Origin: Chitinophagales bacterium
GTDB lineage: Bacteria; Bacteroidota; Bacteroidia; Chitinophagales; CAIODY01
Reading direction: 5' to 3'
DNA length: 64,000 bases
NCBI GenBank assembly: GCA_947452995.1
Contig: CANGEV010000002.1
Span: forward strand, 1,172 to 65,171
Every line of letters begins with the position of its first letter. Position 1 is the stretch's first letter. The notes beneath the pieces are model-generated. The model was not told the DNA's origin. It was given only the letters and a program-made list of their open reading frames with translations, and did not search any database. The position numbers and the translations under genes were made by a program. Shown one piece after another: positions 28,569-38,933 of this stretch.

Positions 28569-29738
28569 CTAGTTTACTTTAACCAGGTCGGCAATCGACT
28601 TAGCTTTCTTTCTTAATGCATCCATATCTGTATCAACAGGGGCATAAGTTAAAGCTACACCCATTCTACGATACGGACGCGTGCTAGGCTTACCAAATAG
28701 TTTGATATCGCTTTGCGGCGTCTGTAAAGCTATTTCTACGCCCGTAAAGCTTGGCGCAGTACTAGAGCTGGCCGTAGCTAGAATTACTGCGCTCACACCC
28801 GCTCTCCACAATTCAATTTGTGGGATGGGCAAACCAAGAATCGCACGTGTATGCAATTCGAATTCATTCAAATTTTGTGTGCCTGCTAATGTTACCATAC
28901 CGGTATCATGTGGGCGAGGAGAGAGTTCTGAGAAATAAACACCATGGTCGGTAAGGAAGAATTCAACTCCCCAAATGCCGGCACCACTCAATGCTTCTGT
29001 CACCTTAGCTGCCATCGCTTGCGCTTCTGCAATATCCTTTTCGCTGATAGCACAAGGCTGCCAACTCTCTTGATAGTCACCACGTTCCTGGCGATGCCCG
29101 ATAGGAGGTGCATATTGAGTAGGGCCATTCTTCTGCGTTACCGTTAATAAGGTGATTTCAGTATGAAATGGTACAAAAGATTCTACAATGACTTCCATCA
29201 AATCGCCACGGCTACCACTACAAGCATAGTCCCATGCTTTGCTAATATCGTCCGCTGATTTAACAACGGATTGACCTTTGCCACTGCTACTCATTAAAGG
29301 CTTCACCACACAAGGGATGCCAATTTCATGAACAGCTTTTGTAAAGTCTTCTAGGGTAGTGGCGTACTCATAACGTGCCGTGCGCAAGCCGAGAGTCTTG
29401 GAGGCAAGATCACGAATCAGTTTGCGATTCATGGTAAAATTAGCTGCCTTTGCACTTGGCACCACCTGAATGCCTTGGGCTTCGTAATCGTAAAAACGTT
29501 CGGTACGAATCGCCTCAATCTCAGGAACAATCAAGTCGGGCTGGTGCTTAGCAACAACCGCATCTAATTGATCGCCGTTCAACATATCAATCACTTCAAA
29601 CGCATCTGCTACTTGCATGGCAGGCGCATTGGCATAGCTATCGACCGCAATTACTGTTTGCCCCAAACGTTGCAAAGCAATAACGACCTCTTTACCCAAT
29701 TCACCGCTGCCAAGGAGCAAGACGCGTTTGTTGTTCAT
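28569..29738 (-). CDS. purT: formate-dependent phosphoribosylglycinamide formyltransferase
   Basis: ATP-grasp protein with N-terminus [14 protein letters not shown] and the end motif RRMGVAL. Confidence 0.9.
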   Translation of the reverse strand: MNNKRVLLLGSGELGKEVVIALQRLGQTVIAVDSYANAPAMQVADAFEVIDMLNGDQLDAVVAKHQPDLIVPEIEAIRTERFYDYEAQGIQVVPSAKAANFTMNRKLIRDLASKTLGLRTARYEYATTLEDFTKAVHEIGIPCVVKPLMSSSGKGQSVVKSADDISKAWDYACSGSRGDLMEVIVESFVPFHTEITLLTVTQKNGPTQYAPPIGHRQERGDYQESWQPCAISEKDIAEAQAMAAKVTEALSGAGIWGVEFFLTDHGVYFSELSPRPHDTGMVTLAGTQNLNEFELHTRAILGLPIPQIELWRAGVSAVILATASSSTAPSFTGVEIALQTPQSDIKLFGKPSTRPYRRMGVALTYAPVDTDMDALRKKAKSIADLVKVN

Positions 29739-29744
29739 GATGAT

Positions 29745-32174
29745 TTATTTCTTTTTAGCAGTTTTCTTAGCAGTCTTTTTTACTGCTACTTTTTTAACTA
29801 CTGCTTTTTTAGCATTTACTTTTTTTGCAGGTTTAGTCGCTTTTTTGGAAGTCGCTGCAGCGTTTGCAATAGCCTTACGTTTATCACGATCAGCACGCGC
29901 CTGAGCGTCTACTACTGCGATAGTTACCATGTTCACGATATCGCGAACAGTGCTGCCTAATTGCAATACATGAATCGGCTTGTTCATACCTAAAAGGATA
30001 GGTCCGATAGATTCTGTATTCTGACTTAAGGCCGCAGTTAAATTATGCGCGATATTTCCAGCAGCAAGAGAAGGGAAGATAAGTACGTTCGGAGCTCCAC
30101 CTTCTGCCAAAGCTGTGAAAGGATAATTATCACGAAGGATATCTTTGTTGAAAGCAACGTTAGCCTGCATTTCACCATCCACTACTAGATCAGGATGACG
30201 TTCGTGTAGGATTTCTACCGCTTTCGCCATCTTCTCTGCATCATAACCGCCCGCACTACCGAAGTTTGAATAACTCAAGAATGCCACACGAGGATTTACG
30301 TTGAAGGCTTTTACAGCACGACAAGTCAATTCAGTGATTTCAACTAAATCTTCTACGCTAGGGTTGAAGTTTACCGTTGTATCTGCGAAGAAGATAGGAC
30401 CTTGCTTCGTGATCAACATATACATGCCAGCAATCTTGTTCACCTTATGATGGGTGCCTACAATTTGCAAGGCAGGCTTGATAACATCTGCATAACGACG
30501 AGAAAGACCACTTACCATTGCATCTGCTTCTCCTGTCTCTACCATCATGGCGCCGAAGTAAGTGCTCTCTCGCATACGCTTACGCGCTTCGTAACAGTTC
30601 ACTCCTTTGCGATGACGTTTTTCAAAATAGAGATCTCCAAAGCTCACACGCTTCGCTTCGATAGCAGGGGCGTTTGAACGAGAATCTATAATTTGAATAT
30701 CGTCGCTTAATTCAATATTGTTTTGCTCGATAATGCTGTGAATCTTTTCGCTATTACCCACCAAAATCGGATGTGCAATGCCTTCTTCAGCAAGTATCTG
30801 CGCCGCTTTGATGATTTTGATATTATCAGCTTCGGCCATTACCACACGCTTCGGTTGACGTTTAGCTTTGTTCGTCAATAGACGGAAGATTTGATCATCT
30901 TCGCCACGACGTTTTGCTAAATCAGCAACATAAGCGTTCATGTCTTTAATCGGGAAACGCGCCACGCCACTGTCCATCGCTGCTTTCGCAACAGCAGGTG
31001 CAACAGTTGTCAATAAACGAGGATCTACTGGCTTCGGAATGATATACTGACGACCGAACGTGATGTTCGATTCGTTATAGGCCATGTTCACGATATCAGG
31101 CACAGGTGACTTTGTAAGAGAAGCCAAAGCCTTTACTGCAGCGAGTTTCATCGCTTCATTAATTTCTTTTGCTCTTACATCAATCGCTCCACGGAAGATA
31201 TATGGGAATCCTAATACGTTGTTGACCTGGTTGGCATAATCGCTACGACCTGTTGCCAAAATGATGTCCTCACGCGCTCCGATAGCGTCTTCGTAAGCAA
31301 TTTCCGGGGTAGGGTTCGCTAGTGCAAAAACGATTGGATTTTTATTCATCGCTTTCAACATTTTAGGGGTCACCATATTCCCTTTACTCAAACCTAAGAA
31401 TACGTCTACGCCTTTGAAAGCTTCTTCCAAGGAAGCGTATTCTTTATCGCAAGCGAATTGTTGCTTATACTTGTCTAAATCTTTTCTTTTCTTGGTAATA
31501 GCGCCTTTAGAGTCGAACATTACAATGTTCTCACGCTTTACACCCAATGCCATATAGAGCTTAGTACAGCTAACAGCCGAAGCTCCAGCACCTAGTACTA
31601 ATACCTTTACTTTATCGATTTTCTTACCCGCAATTTCTAAAGCATTTAATAAGCCTGCAGAAGAAATAATTGCGGTACCGTGTTGATCGTCGTGCATGAC
31701 AGGAATGTTCAATTCCTTTTTCAAACGCTCTTCGATTTCAAAACACTCCGGAGCTTTGATATCTTCTAAATTGACACCACCGAATGTTGGTTCTAAAATT
31801 TTAACTGTACGAATAAATTCTTCAACATCTTTCGTGTTCAACTCGATGTCGAAAACATCGATGTCAGCGAAGATTTTGAAAAGTAATCCTTTACCTTCCA
31901 TAACGGGCTTCGAAGCTTCTGGTCCGATATCACCCAAGCCAAGCACCGCCGTGCCATTACTGATAACTGCTACTAGATTTCCTTTTGCGGTGTATTTGAA
32001 AACGTCTTCAGGATTCGCTGCAATTTCCAAACATGGTTCTGCTACGCCTGGCGAGTAAGCTAATGCTAAATCTCTTTGTGTCTTAGTTTCTTTGGTAGGA
32101 ATGACTTCAATCTTCCCGGGACGGCCTTTAGCGTGGTAATCTAAGGCTTCCGATTTTCTCACTGGTTTTTGCAT
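29745..32174 (-). CDS. maeB: NADP-dependent malic enzyme (malic plus PTA-like domains) with a Lys/Ala-rich C-terminal tail
   Basis: ALDYHAKGRPGKIEV..., NGTAVLGLGDIG, VLGAGASA, and a PTA-like C-terminal half. An extra tail of about 45 aa follows: ...SKKATKPAKKVNAKKAVVKKVAVKKTAKKTAKKK. Confidence 0.92.
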   Translation of the reverse strand: MQKPVRKSEALDYHAKGRPGKIEVIPTKETKTQRDLALAYSPGVAEPCLEIAANPEDVFKYTAKGNLVAVISNGTAVLGLGDIGPEASKPVMEGKGLLFKIFADIDVFDIELNTKDVEEFIRTVKILEPTFGGVNLEDIKAPECFEIEERLKKELNIPVMHDDQHGTAIISSAGLLNALEIAGKKIDKVKVLVLGAGASAVSCTKLYMALGVKRENIVMFDSKGAITKKRKDLDKYKQQFACDKEYASLEEAFKGVDVFLGLSKGNMVTPKMLKAMNKNPIVFALANPTPEIAYEDAIGAREDIILATGRSDYANQVNNVLGFPYIFRGAIDVRAKEINEAMKLAAVKALASLTKSPVPDIVNMAYNESNITFGRQYIIPKPVDPRLLTTVAPAVAKAAMDSGVARFPIKDMNAYVADLAKRRGEDDQIFRLLTNKAKRQPKRVVMAEADNIKIIKAAQILAEEGIAHPILVGNSEKIHSIIEQNNIELSDDIQIIDSRSNAPAIEAKRVSFGDLYFEKRHRKGVNCYEARKRMRESTYFGAMMVETGEADAMVSGLSRRYADVIKPALQIVGTHHKVNKIAGMYMLITKQGPIFFADTTVNFNPSVEDLVEITELTCRAVKAFNVNPRVAFLSYSNFGSAGGYDAEKMAKAVEILHERHPDLVVDGEMQANVAFNKDILRDNYPFTALAEGGAPNVLIFPSLAAGNIAHNLTAALSQNTESIGPILLGMNKPIHVLQLGSTVRDIVNMVTIAVVDAQARADRDKRKAIANAAATSKKATKPAKKVNAKKAVVKKVAVKKTAKKTAKKK

Positions 32175-32219
32175 ACATTCATTTTTATAACAGGGTATGC
32201 TAAGTTGCAGTTTTTAACC

Positions 32220-33203
32220 CTATTTTTCTAATAAAATCGTCATGCCTGGATATAAGATATCACTCGACATGCTGTTATTGATACGGATATTGGACACTCG
32301 ATTCTTTGGGAATCGTTTTGCAATTTTATAAAGACTATCTCCTTTACGAACGACGTAGACGAAATATTCCTTTTCGTAGATCTCTTCTTGTTTGTTCGCC
32401 GGACTCGTATCTTCGTTAGGAGCGGGCTTTGGAGTGCTTATAGGACCGGCATTAAGGGTGAAGTCAATCGCAGGTTTGTTCGCATTCTCTCCACGTTTTT
32501 CAATATGCCAAAATTCATCTTCTGGGAATTCGTCATGAATACTGTTCATTACTTGAACAATGCCCATAAACTGAGCCACGTATTCCTTTGTCTGACGCGG
32601 TAATAATGGATAAATTTTCCAGAAGTTACTGCTGCCGGCACGGTTGATATAGTATTGCATGGCGCTAGAACCACAGTTGAAGCCTGCAATCACACATAAC
32701 CAATCTTGGAAGTCGCGGTAGGTTGTCTTGAACAAACGAGCTGCTGCATGCGTCGCTTTAACAGGATCCGTACGCTCATCGATTTTGTTATTCACTTGCA
32801 AGCCACAATAAATAGCTGTTGGGCGAATTAATTGCCACATTCCTTTCGCACCATACGGTGAAACGACGTGATTATTAAAGTTTGATTCAATATAGGCCAA
32901 ATACATTAGTTCAGTTGGAATGCCTTCTGAACGAAAAATCTGGTCGATAACTGGCATGATTGCACGCCCCTTCTTGAAAATGTGCTTAGCCAGTAGATAA
33001 TCTTGTTTCGTGTATTGTTCTACATAAGGAGCCACCAATTTATCAAACTGCGGATCTGCCATAGGCAAGCGTAGCTCCGAAGAAGTATTGAGGATAAAGC
33101 TGTCAATGTTGCGACTGTTTTCTATCCCGTACAAATCCGTAGACCTAGCTTGTGCAAATAGTAGGCTAAAGAAAGCGACAAATAAAAAAACAATTTTTTG
33201 CAT
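32220..33203 (-). CDS. lytic transglycosylase (SLT domain) with a C-terminal LysM domain
   Basis: Signal peptide, SLT catalytic motif YIESNFNNHVVSPYGAKGMWQL, and a LysM domain YVVRKGDSLYKIAKRF... Confidence 0.8.
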   Translation of the reverse strand: MQKIVFLFVAFFSLLFAQARSTDLYGIENSRNIDSFILNTSSELRLPMADPQFDKLVAPYVEQYTKQDYLLAKHIFKKGRAIMPVIDQIFRSEGIPTELMYLAYIESNFNNHVVSPYGAKGMWQLIRPTAIYCGLQVNNKIDERTDPVKATHAAARLFKTTYRDFQDWLCVIAGFNCGSSAMQYYINRAGSSNFWKIYPLLPRQTKEYVAQFMGIVQVMNSIHDEFPEDEFWHIEKRGENANKPAIDFTLNAGPISTPKPAPNEDTSPANKQEEIYEKEYFVYVVRKGDSLYKIAKRFPKNRVSNIRINNSMSSDILYPGMTILLEK

Positions 33204-33213
33204 GTTGAATGGA

Positions 33214-34644
33214 TTAGTTAATCGAATGAATCGCCTTTGCGAAGGCCATTAATCTTTCTTCACTAAATCGTTCACTGAGCAATTGCACACCATACGGTAA
33301 GCCGTTGCTATGTGTACCAGCAGGAACGGAGATTCCTGGCAGGCCAGCGATATTACCTAACACCGTGTAAATATCATTGAGATACATCGCCACAGGATCC
33401 TTCTTGTCGCCGAAGCCGAAAGCGGTGGTTGGCGTAGTAGGGGTGAGGATGATATCGTAATTTTTAAAAATTTCGTCCATCTCATTTTTTACAATGCGAC
33501 GAACACGCATTGCTTGCGTATAGTAGGCATCAAAGAAACCTTCGCTTAAAACGAATGTTCCTAACATGATACGGCGTTTTACTTCCGGACCAAATCCTTC
33601 TGAACGGCTCTTCTTATATACGCTCTCTAAATCAACTGCATTCGGACTACGATAGCCAAAATGGACCCCATCATAACGCGCCAAATTGCTCGAAGCTTCT
33701 GCCGTTGTGAGCACGTAATAGGTCGGGATGAGATAGTCGAGCTTATCAAATTCTACCGCATCAATGCTTGCTCCTTTCGCCTTACAGGCATCCAGGATAG
33801 CATACATGCGCTGGCGAATTTCTGGATCCAGACCTTCTGAATCAAGCATGCTTGGGAAGTAAGCGATTTTCGCTTTGCTCCAATCTATATTTTCGAAACT
33901 ACCGTTAAAGGCAGGCTTTACTTTTGAAGATGTGGTAGAATCATGTGCATCTTGTCCGCTCATGATATCCATCATTAAGGCAGCGTCTTCTACATTTTTT
34001 GTAAAAACACCAACCTGATCGAAAGAAGAAGCGTAGGCAATGACCCCATAGCGCGAAATGCGTCCATATGTAGGTTTTACGCCCACAACACCGCAAAAGG
34101 CAGCTGGTTGGCGAACAGAACCTCCTGTATCTGTTCCTAAGGAAGCGATACAAAGATCTGCTTGTACTGCAACAGCAGCGCCACCGCTACTACCGCCAGG
34201 AACTTTTGAGTTGTCGGCAGCGTTGAGCACATTCCCGTAAGCAGAGTTCTCATTGCTACTGCCCATAGCGAACTCATCGCAGTTGGTACGACCAATAATG
34301 ATGGCGTCTTCATCAATCAGACGCTGTACGCAAGTAGCAGTATATAAGGATTCAAAGCCTTGCAAAATTTTAGAAGATGCAGAAACTTTGTGTCCGGTAT
34401 AACATAAAACGTCTTTGATAGCAATCACGGCACCAGCCAAACGACCTACAGGCACGCCCGCAGCAATTTTGGCGTCGACAGCTTTCGCTTGCTCCAATGC
34501 ACTTTGGTCGAATGTTTCCAAGAAGGCATTCAAATGCGCTTGCTCACGAATTCGTGCCAAATAGCCCTGAAGAAGCACTTCACAGGTAGTTTCTCTACGA
34601 GTGACGGCGTCCCTGACAGCTTGTATGTTAGAATAAGCAGTCAA
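33214..34644 (-). CDS. gatA: Asp-tRNA(Asn)/Glu-tRNA(Gln) amidotransferase subunit A
   Basis: Amidase signature GGSSGGAAVAV...GTDTGGSVRQPAAFCG. Confidence 0.92.
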   Translation of the reverse strand: MTAYSNIQAVRDAVTRRETTCEVLLQGYLARIREQAHLNAFLETFDQSALEQAKAVDAKIAAGVPVGRLAGAVIAIKDVLCYTGHKVSASSKILQGFESLYTATCVQRLIDEDAIIIGRTNCDEFAMGSSNENSAYGNVLNAADNSKVPGGSSGGAAVAVQADLCIASLGTDTGGSVRQPAAFCGVVGVKPTYGRISRYGVIAYASSFDQVGVFTKNVEDAALMMDIMSGQDAHDSTTSSKVKPAFNGSFENIDWSKAKIAYFPSMLDSEGLDPEIRQRMYAILDACKAKGASIDAVEFDKLDYLIPTYYVLTTAEASSNLARYDGVHFGYRSPNAVDLESVYKKSRSEGFGPEVKRRIMLGTFVLSEGFFDAYYTQAMRVRRIVKNEMDEIFKNYDIILTPTTPTTAFGFGDKKDPVAMYLNDIYTVLGNIAGLPGISVPAGTHSNGLPYGVQLLSERFSEERLMAFAKAIHSIN

Positions 34645-34685
34645 TTTATTTTGATTTAATTAAGTAGTAAAGGGGAAAGGAAAAA

Positions 34686-34895
34686 TTATTTCTTTTCCTC
34701 GCTTTTGTCATTCATGCCTTCTTCAATCTCTTTCTTAACACTGTTTTTGGCATCATTGAACTCGCGAATACCTTTACCAATACCACGCATTAATTCAGGA
34801 ATCTTTTTGCCTCCGAATAACAATACAACAGCCAAAAAGATTAGAATCCATTCGCTACCACCCGGCAATCCTAATAAAAGAAAATTCAAAGTCAT
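34686..34895 (-). CDS. tatA: twin-arginine translocase TatA/E
   Basis: I chose the start MTLNFLLLGLPGGSEWILIFLAVVLLFGGKKIPELMRGIGKGIREF. This is a single TM helix followed by the FG-x-KK-x-PE hinge. The upstream 17 codons were discarded. Confidence 0.85.
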   Translation of the reverse strand: MTLNFLLLGLPGGSEWILIFLAVVLLFGGKKIPELMRGIGKGIREFNDAKNSVKKEIEEGMNDKSEEKK

Positions 34896-35010
34896 ACAAA
34901 ATAATTGATGAGCCTGATTGAATTCAGGCTCGTTTAAGAGTTCCAAAGATAATAAAAAATGGGGATAACTCCGCCTAAAATGTTAGTAAAGTGCAAATAC
35001 AAGCAAAATC

Positions 35011-35553
35011 TTGTATTTTCGTTCCATGATTAGACTTTTAACCTATATTCTTCCTGCTGTGGTGGTAGCCTTGGCTGCAATTCTAACTACTTGGATTGTT
35101 TTGAAGCAGCTTTTAAAAGCTAAGACAACGGATTTGGAGATGGAAATCAAGAAAAATACGCGCCAGACAACTTTGCCACTTCGTTTGCAAGCCTACGAGC
35201 GCCTTACCTTGTTCATGGAACGTATCGATTTGTTTTTCTTGGTAAGTGAGTTACGTGCCGCAAATATGAGTGTTGCCGAATTGCAATTGACTATGACCAA
35301 TCAAATACGTCGTGAATTTGAACATAATCTTTCGCAGCAACTGTATGTCAGTGATGAACTTTGGGTACGCGTTCGTACTACCAAAGAGGAGATGATTTTG
35401 TTGGTTAATAGTATCGCCGTAAAACTTCCTCCTCAAGCTCCTGCAAAAGCGTATGCCCAAGCAATTATGGAGTTTTTGAACGAAGCAGATGGCGTAATGC
35501 CTACCGCTAAGACGCTCATAGCCATCAAAGTGGAGGCTCGTCAAATATTTTAA
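35011..35553 (+). CDS. hypothetical N-terminally anchored protein
   Basis: 180-aa ORF with one N-terminal TM helix. No motif recognised. Confidence 0.45.
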   Translation: MYFRSMIRLLTYILPAVVVALAAILTTWIVLKQLLKAKTTDLEMEIKKNTRQTTLPLRLQAYERLTLFMERIDLFFLVSELRAANMSVAELQLTMTNQIRREFEHNLSQQLYVSDELWVRVRTTKEEMILLVNSIAVKLPPQAPAKAYAQAIMEFLNEADGVMPTAKTLIAIKVEARQIF

Positions 35554-38175
35554 TTAAGCGCTGACCGTCTTTTCCAATTGGCTTAAAGCCTCTTGCAGCC
35601 CGTCCGGATTAGAACCTCCTGCTGTTGCATAGAAGTCTTGTCCACCGCCACCGCCCTTGATCAATCCAGAAACGGATTTAATCATGTCTTTTGCTTTCCA
35701 TCCTTTTTGCGCAACGACCTCATCGGTCATCATCACGCTTAAGTTAGCCTTCCCTCCAACAACAGCTCCGATCGCTAGGTACATTGGCGCCATTTCATTG
35801 CGCAAGTCGTAAGCGATTTGCTTGATCGCGTCGGCATGGTCGAGCTCTAGCATCGTACACAATACATTTACACCATTGATTTGATTGAACTGCGCTTTTA
35901 GTCCTTGTTTGATCGTTTGCGCCTTTTCCAAAATGGCTTTTTCCATTTCTTTCTTCAAGGCAGTATTTTCATCTAATAAGCTTTGCAGTGCATGCGCCGG
36001 ATGTTTGGCATTCTTTAAAAGACTCGCAACAGCATCTAATTGCAAAAGCTGTGTTTCGACATAGTTTTCAGCATAAGCGCCTGTTACTACTTCGATCCGA
36101 CGAACCCCTGCAGCGACCGCAGATTCAGCGATGATGCGGCAATAGCCGATATTACCGGTGGCAGCCACGTGTGTGCCCCCACATAATTCAACAGAATATT
36201 GTTCATCCATGGTAACGACACGAACGACATCACCGTATTTCTCTCCGAACAATGCCATAGCGCCTTTCTTAATCGCGTCATCTTTCGACATAGATGCGAT
36301 TTCAACAGCTACGTTCTCGCGAATTTTTGCATTCACGATTTGTTCTACCTCACGGAGTTCTGCATCCGTTACCTTGCTGAAATGTGCAAAGTCGAAGCGC
36401 ATATAATGTGGCGTAACCAATGATCCTTTTTGTTGTACGTGCGTACCTAATACACGACGCAAAGCCGCGTGGATAAGGTGTGTAACGCTGTGATGTGCAG
36501 TCGTATCGCGGCGACGATCCGCATCTACCATAGCAGTTACTTCGGCACCAATTTGTTCTGGAAGCTCTTCTAAGAAATGAATGATCAAATCATTTTCCTT
36601 CTTAGTATCCAATACTTTCATCATCTCTCCGCCAAAGCTTAACAATCCGGTATCTCCTACCTGACCGCCACTTTCAGCATAAAACGGCGTATGGTCTAGG
36701 ACCACCTGATAAAGGGTTTTATCTTTTTGTTTTACCTGACGGTACTTTACCAATTTCGCGCTGCTTTGTAATTCATTGTAACCGATGAAACGCACTTGAT
36801 CTACTTCTTGCATCACTTGCCAATCGCCGGTTTCGGTAGAAGCGGCTTTACGGCTACGGGATTTCTGTGCAGCCATTTCTTCGTTGAAAGCAGCTTCATC
36901 TACGACAAAGCCATTTTCACTTGCTATCAAACGGGTAAGATCAAATGGGAAGCCGTAGGTATCGTATAATTCAAAGGCATCTTTACCTGCGATCGATTTG
37001 TTAGTATCAGCTTTAATTAATGCTTCGATACGCTTCAAACCACTTTCCATCGTGCGCAAGAAAGAGATTTCTTCTTCTTTAACCACGTTCGCTACGAAAG
37101 CTTGTTGTTGCGCTAATTCAGGGAATACATTTTTAAATTGATACGCCAAAACAGGCACCAGTTGATGTAATAAAGGCTGTTTGTAGCCTAGGAAAGTATG
37201 ATAGTAACGTACGGCGCGACGAAGGATACGACGAATCACATAACCTGCTCCGGTACTACTTGGCAATTGACCATCTGCGATGGTAAAGCTGATTGCACGT
37301 AGGTGATCTGCCACCACACGGAATGCGATGGATTCTTTCGTATCGTCTGCTTTATACGTCTGTCCGACTAATTGTTCAGTGCTTTGAATAGTTGGCAAGA
37401 ACAAGTCTGTATCGTAGTTGCTGGATTTGCCTTGCATCACACGAACCAAACGCTCAAAGCCCATCCCTGTATCAACATGTTGAGCAGGGAGTTTTTCTAA
37501 GGAACCATCTGCTTTGCGATTGAATTCCATGAATACATTATTCCAAATTTCGATTACCTGTGCATTATCGGCATTCACTAGACTTGCGCCAGGAACTTGT
37601 GCACGTTCTTCATCCGGACGGCCGTCGAAATGAATTTCGCTACACGGACCACAAGGACCTGTATCGCCCATTTCCCAGAAATTATCTTTCTTATTGCCAT
37701 TCAAAATGCGTTCAGCAGGCACTCCTGCGTTCAACCAGCATTGATAGGCTTCTGTATCACGTTCTAAATTTTCTTTCGCATCCCCTTCGAAGATCGTTAC
37801 GTAGAGGCGGTCTGCAGGGATTTTATAAACTTTAGTCAAAAGTTCCCAGCTCCATTCGATGGCGTCTTTTTTGAAATAGTCACCAAAGCTCCAGTTACCC
37901 AACATCTCAAACATGGTGTGGTGATAGGTGTCGACACCTACTTCTTCCAAGTCGTTATGTTTACCACTTACACGAAGACATTTTTGTGTGTCAGCGACGC
38001 GTTTGTCGATCGGCTTTTTATTGCCAAGGAACATGTCTTTAAATTGATTCATCCCCGCATTCGTAAACAAGAGGGTAGGATCGTTTTTAACGACGATAGG
38101 GGCAGAAGGCACGATTGCGTGACCTTTGCTTTTGAAAAAATCTAAAAAGTGCTGACGTATTTCCGCGGCTGTCAT
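35554..38175 (-). CDS. alaS: alanine--tRNA ligase
   Basis: MTAAEIRQHFLDFFKSKGH, the FTNAGMNQFK motif, and the editing-domain H-x-x-x-H (HSVTHLIH) and CGGTHV motifs. An ATG 12 nt upstream (38187) is an alternative start. Confidence 0.95.
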   Translation of the reverse strand: MTAAEIRQHFLDFFKSKGHAIVPSAPIVVKNDPTLLFTNAGMNQFKDMFLGNKKPIDKRVADTQKCLRVSGKHNDLEEVGVDTYHHTMFEMLGNWSFGDYFKKDAIEWSWELLTKVYKIPADRLYVTIFEGDAKENLERDTEAYQCWLNAGVPAERILNGNKKDNFWEMGDTGPCGPCSEIHFDGRPDEERAQVPGASLVNADNAQVIEIWNNVFMEFNRKADGSLEKLPAQHVDTGMGFERLVRVMQGKSSNYDTDLFLPTIQSTEQLVGQTYKADDTKESIAFRVVADHLRAISFTIADGQLPSSTGAGYVIRRILRRAVRYYHTFLGYKQPLLHQLVPVLAYQFKNVFPELAQQQAFVANVVKEEEISFLRTMESGLKRIEALIKADTNKSIAGKDAFELYDTYGFPFDLTRLIASENGFVVDEAAFNEEMAAQKSRSRKAASTETGDWQVMQEVDQVRFIGYNELQSSAKLVKYRQVKQKDKTLYQVVLDHTPFYAESGGQVGDTGLLSFGGEMMKVLDTKKENDLIIHFLEELPEQIGAEVTAMVDADRRRDTTAHHSVTHLIHAALRRVLGTHVQQKGSLVTPHYMRFDFAHFSKVTDAELREVEQIVNAKIRENVAVEIASMSKDDAIKKGAMALFGEKYGDVVRVVTMDEQYSVELCGGTHVAATGNIGYCRIIAESAVAAGVRRIEVVTGAYAENYVETQLLQLDAVASLLKNAKHPAHALQSLLDENTALKKEMEKAILEKAQTIKQGLKAQFNQINGVNVLCTMLELDHADAIKQIAYDLRNEMAPMYLAIGAVVGGKANLSVMMTDEVVAQKGWKAKDMIKSVSGLIKGGGGGQDFYATAGGSNPDGLQEALSQLEKTVSA

Positions 38176-38259
38176 GGTAAATTGCATTAAGTCGCGAAAA
38201 TAAGCAATTTCAAGACAAATAAAAAGGAGTATTGGAAGGTTTCTAAGCGGTATTAGGGC

Positions 38260-38856
38260 TTATTTTTTTGCCATTTGTTTTCGCACACGACTCAAGGTTT
38301 CTGGGGTGAGTCCTAAATAGGAAGCGATCATGTGTTGTGGCACCTGCTGTACGATATCTGGGTAACGATGCGTGAACTCGCGGTAGCGCTCTTCGGCGGT
38401 GAGCGTGATGGTGCTATTGAGGCGTTGTTGCGTAGCCGCCATATTATTCTGACTCAACAAACGGAAGTAGGTCTCCATTTTTGGAGCTTCCTTCAGCATT
38501 TGATCATTGTGCTTAACATCGATTTGTAGTACATCTGCATCTTGCAAAACTTCGATGAATACTTTACTTGGCGTATTTGAAATCAGACTTTGAATGTCGG
38601 TAATCAGCCAATTGCGAATGGCGAATTGCAGGGTATGTTCATGTCCTTTTTCATCGGAGTTATACGAGCGTAGGACGCCGTTGCCAACGAAGGTGATGTG
38701 TTTACAGATCTGACCTTCTTGCAACAAGAAGCTGTGTTTTTTAAAGGACACAAAACTGTAAAAGGATTTCACCGTCGTCCATTCCGACTCCGTTAGTTCT
38801 ACACGTTCGCAAATGTGTGCGCGTAGTAAATCATAAATGGTTGCCTCGTTCATCAT
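38260..38856 (-). CDS. Crp/Fnr-family transcriptional regulator
   Basis: cNMP-binding beta-roll followed by a C-terminal HTH (VPQHMIASYLGLTPETLSRVRK). I chose the start MMNEATI. A TATTTTTG box lies about 10 nt upstream on the minus strand. Confidence 0.8.
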   Translation of the reverse strand: MMNEATIYDLLRAHICERVELTESEWTTVKSFYSFVSFKKHSFLLQEGQICKHITFVGNGVLRSYNSDEKGHEHTLQFAIRNWLITDIQSLISNTPSKVFIEVLQDADVLQIDVKHNDQMLKEAPKMETYFRLLSQNNMAATQQRLNSTITLTAEERYREFTHRYPDIVQQVPQHMIASYLGLTPETLSRVRKQMAKK

Positions 38857-38933
38857 AAGCCGACAACAAAAATAATCCTTTCGCGCACAATTGCAATCAG
38901 CAGACAAAAAATCCCTAATTTAGACGGGTTACT

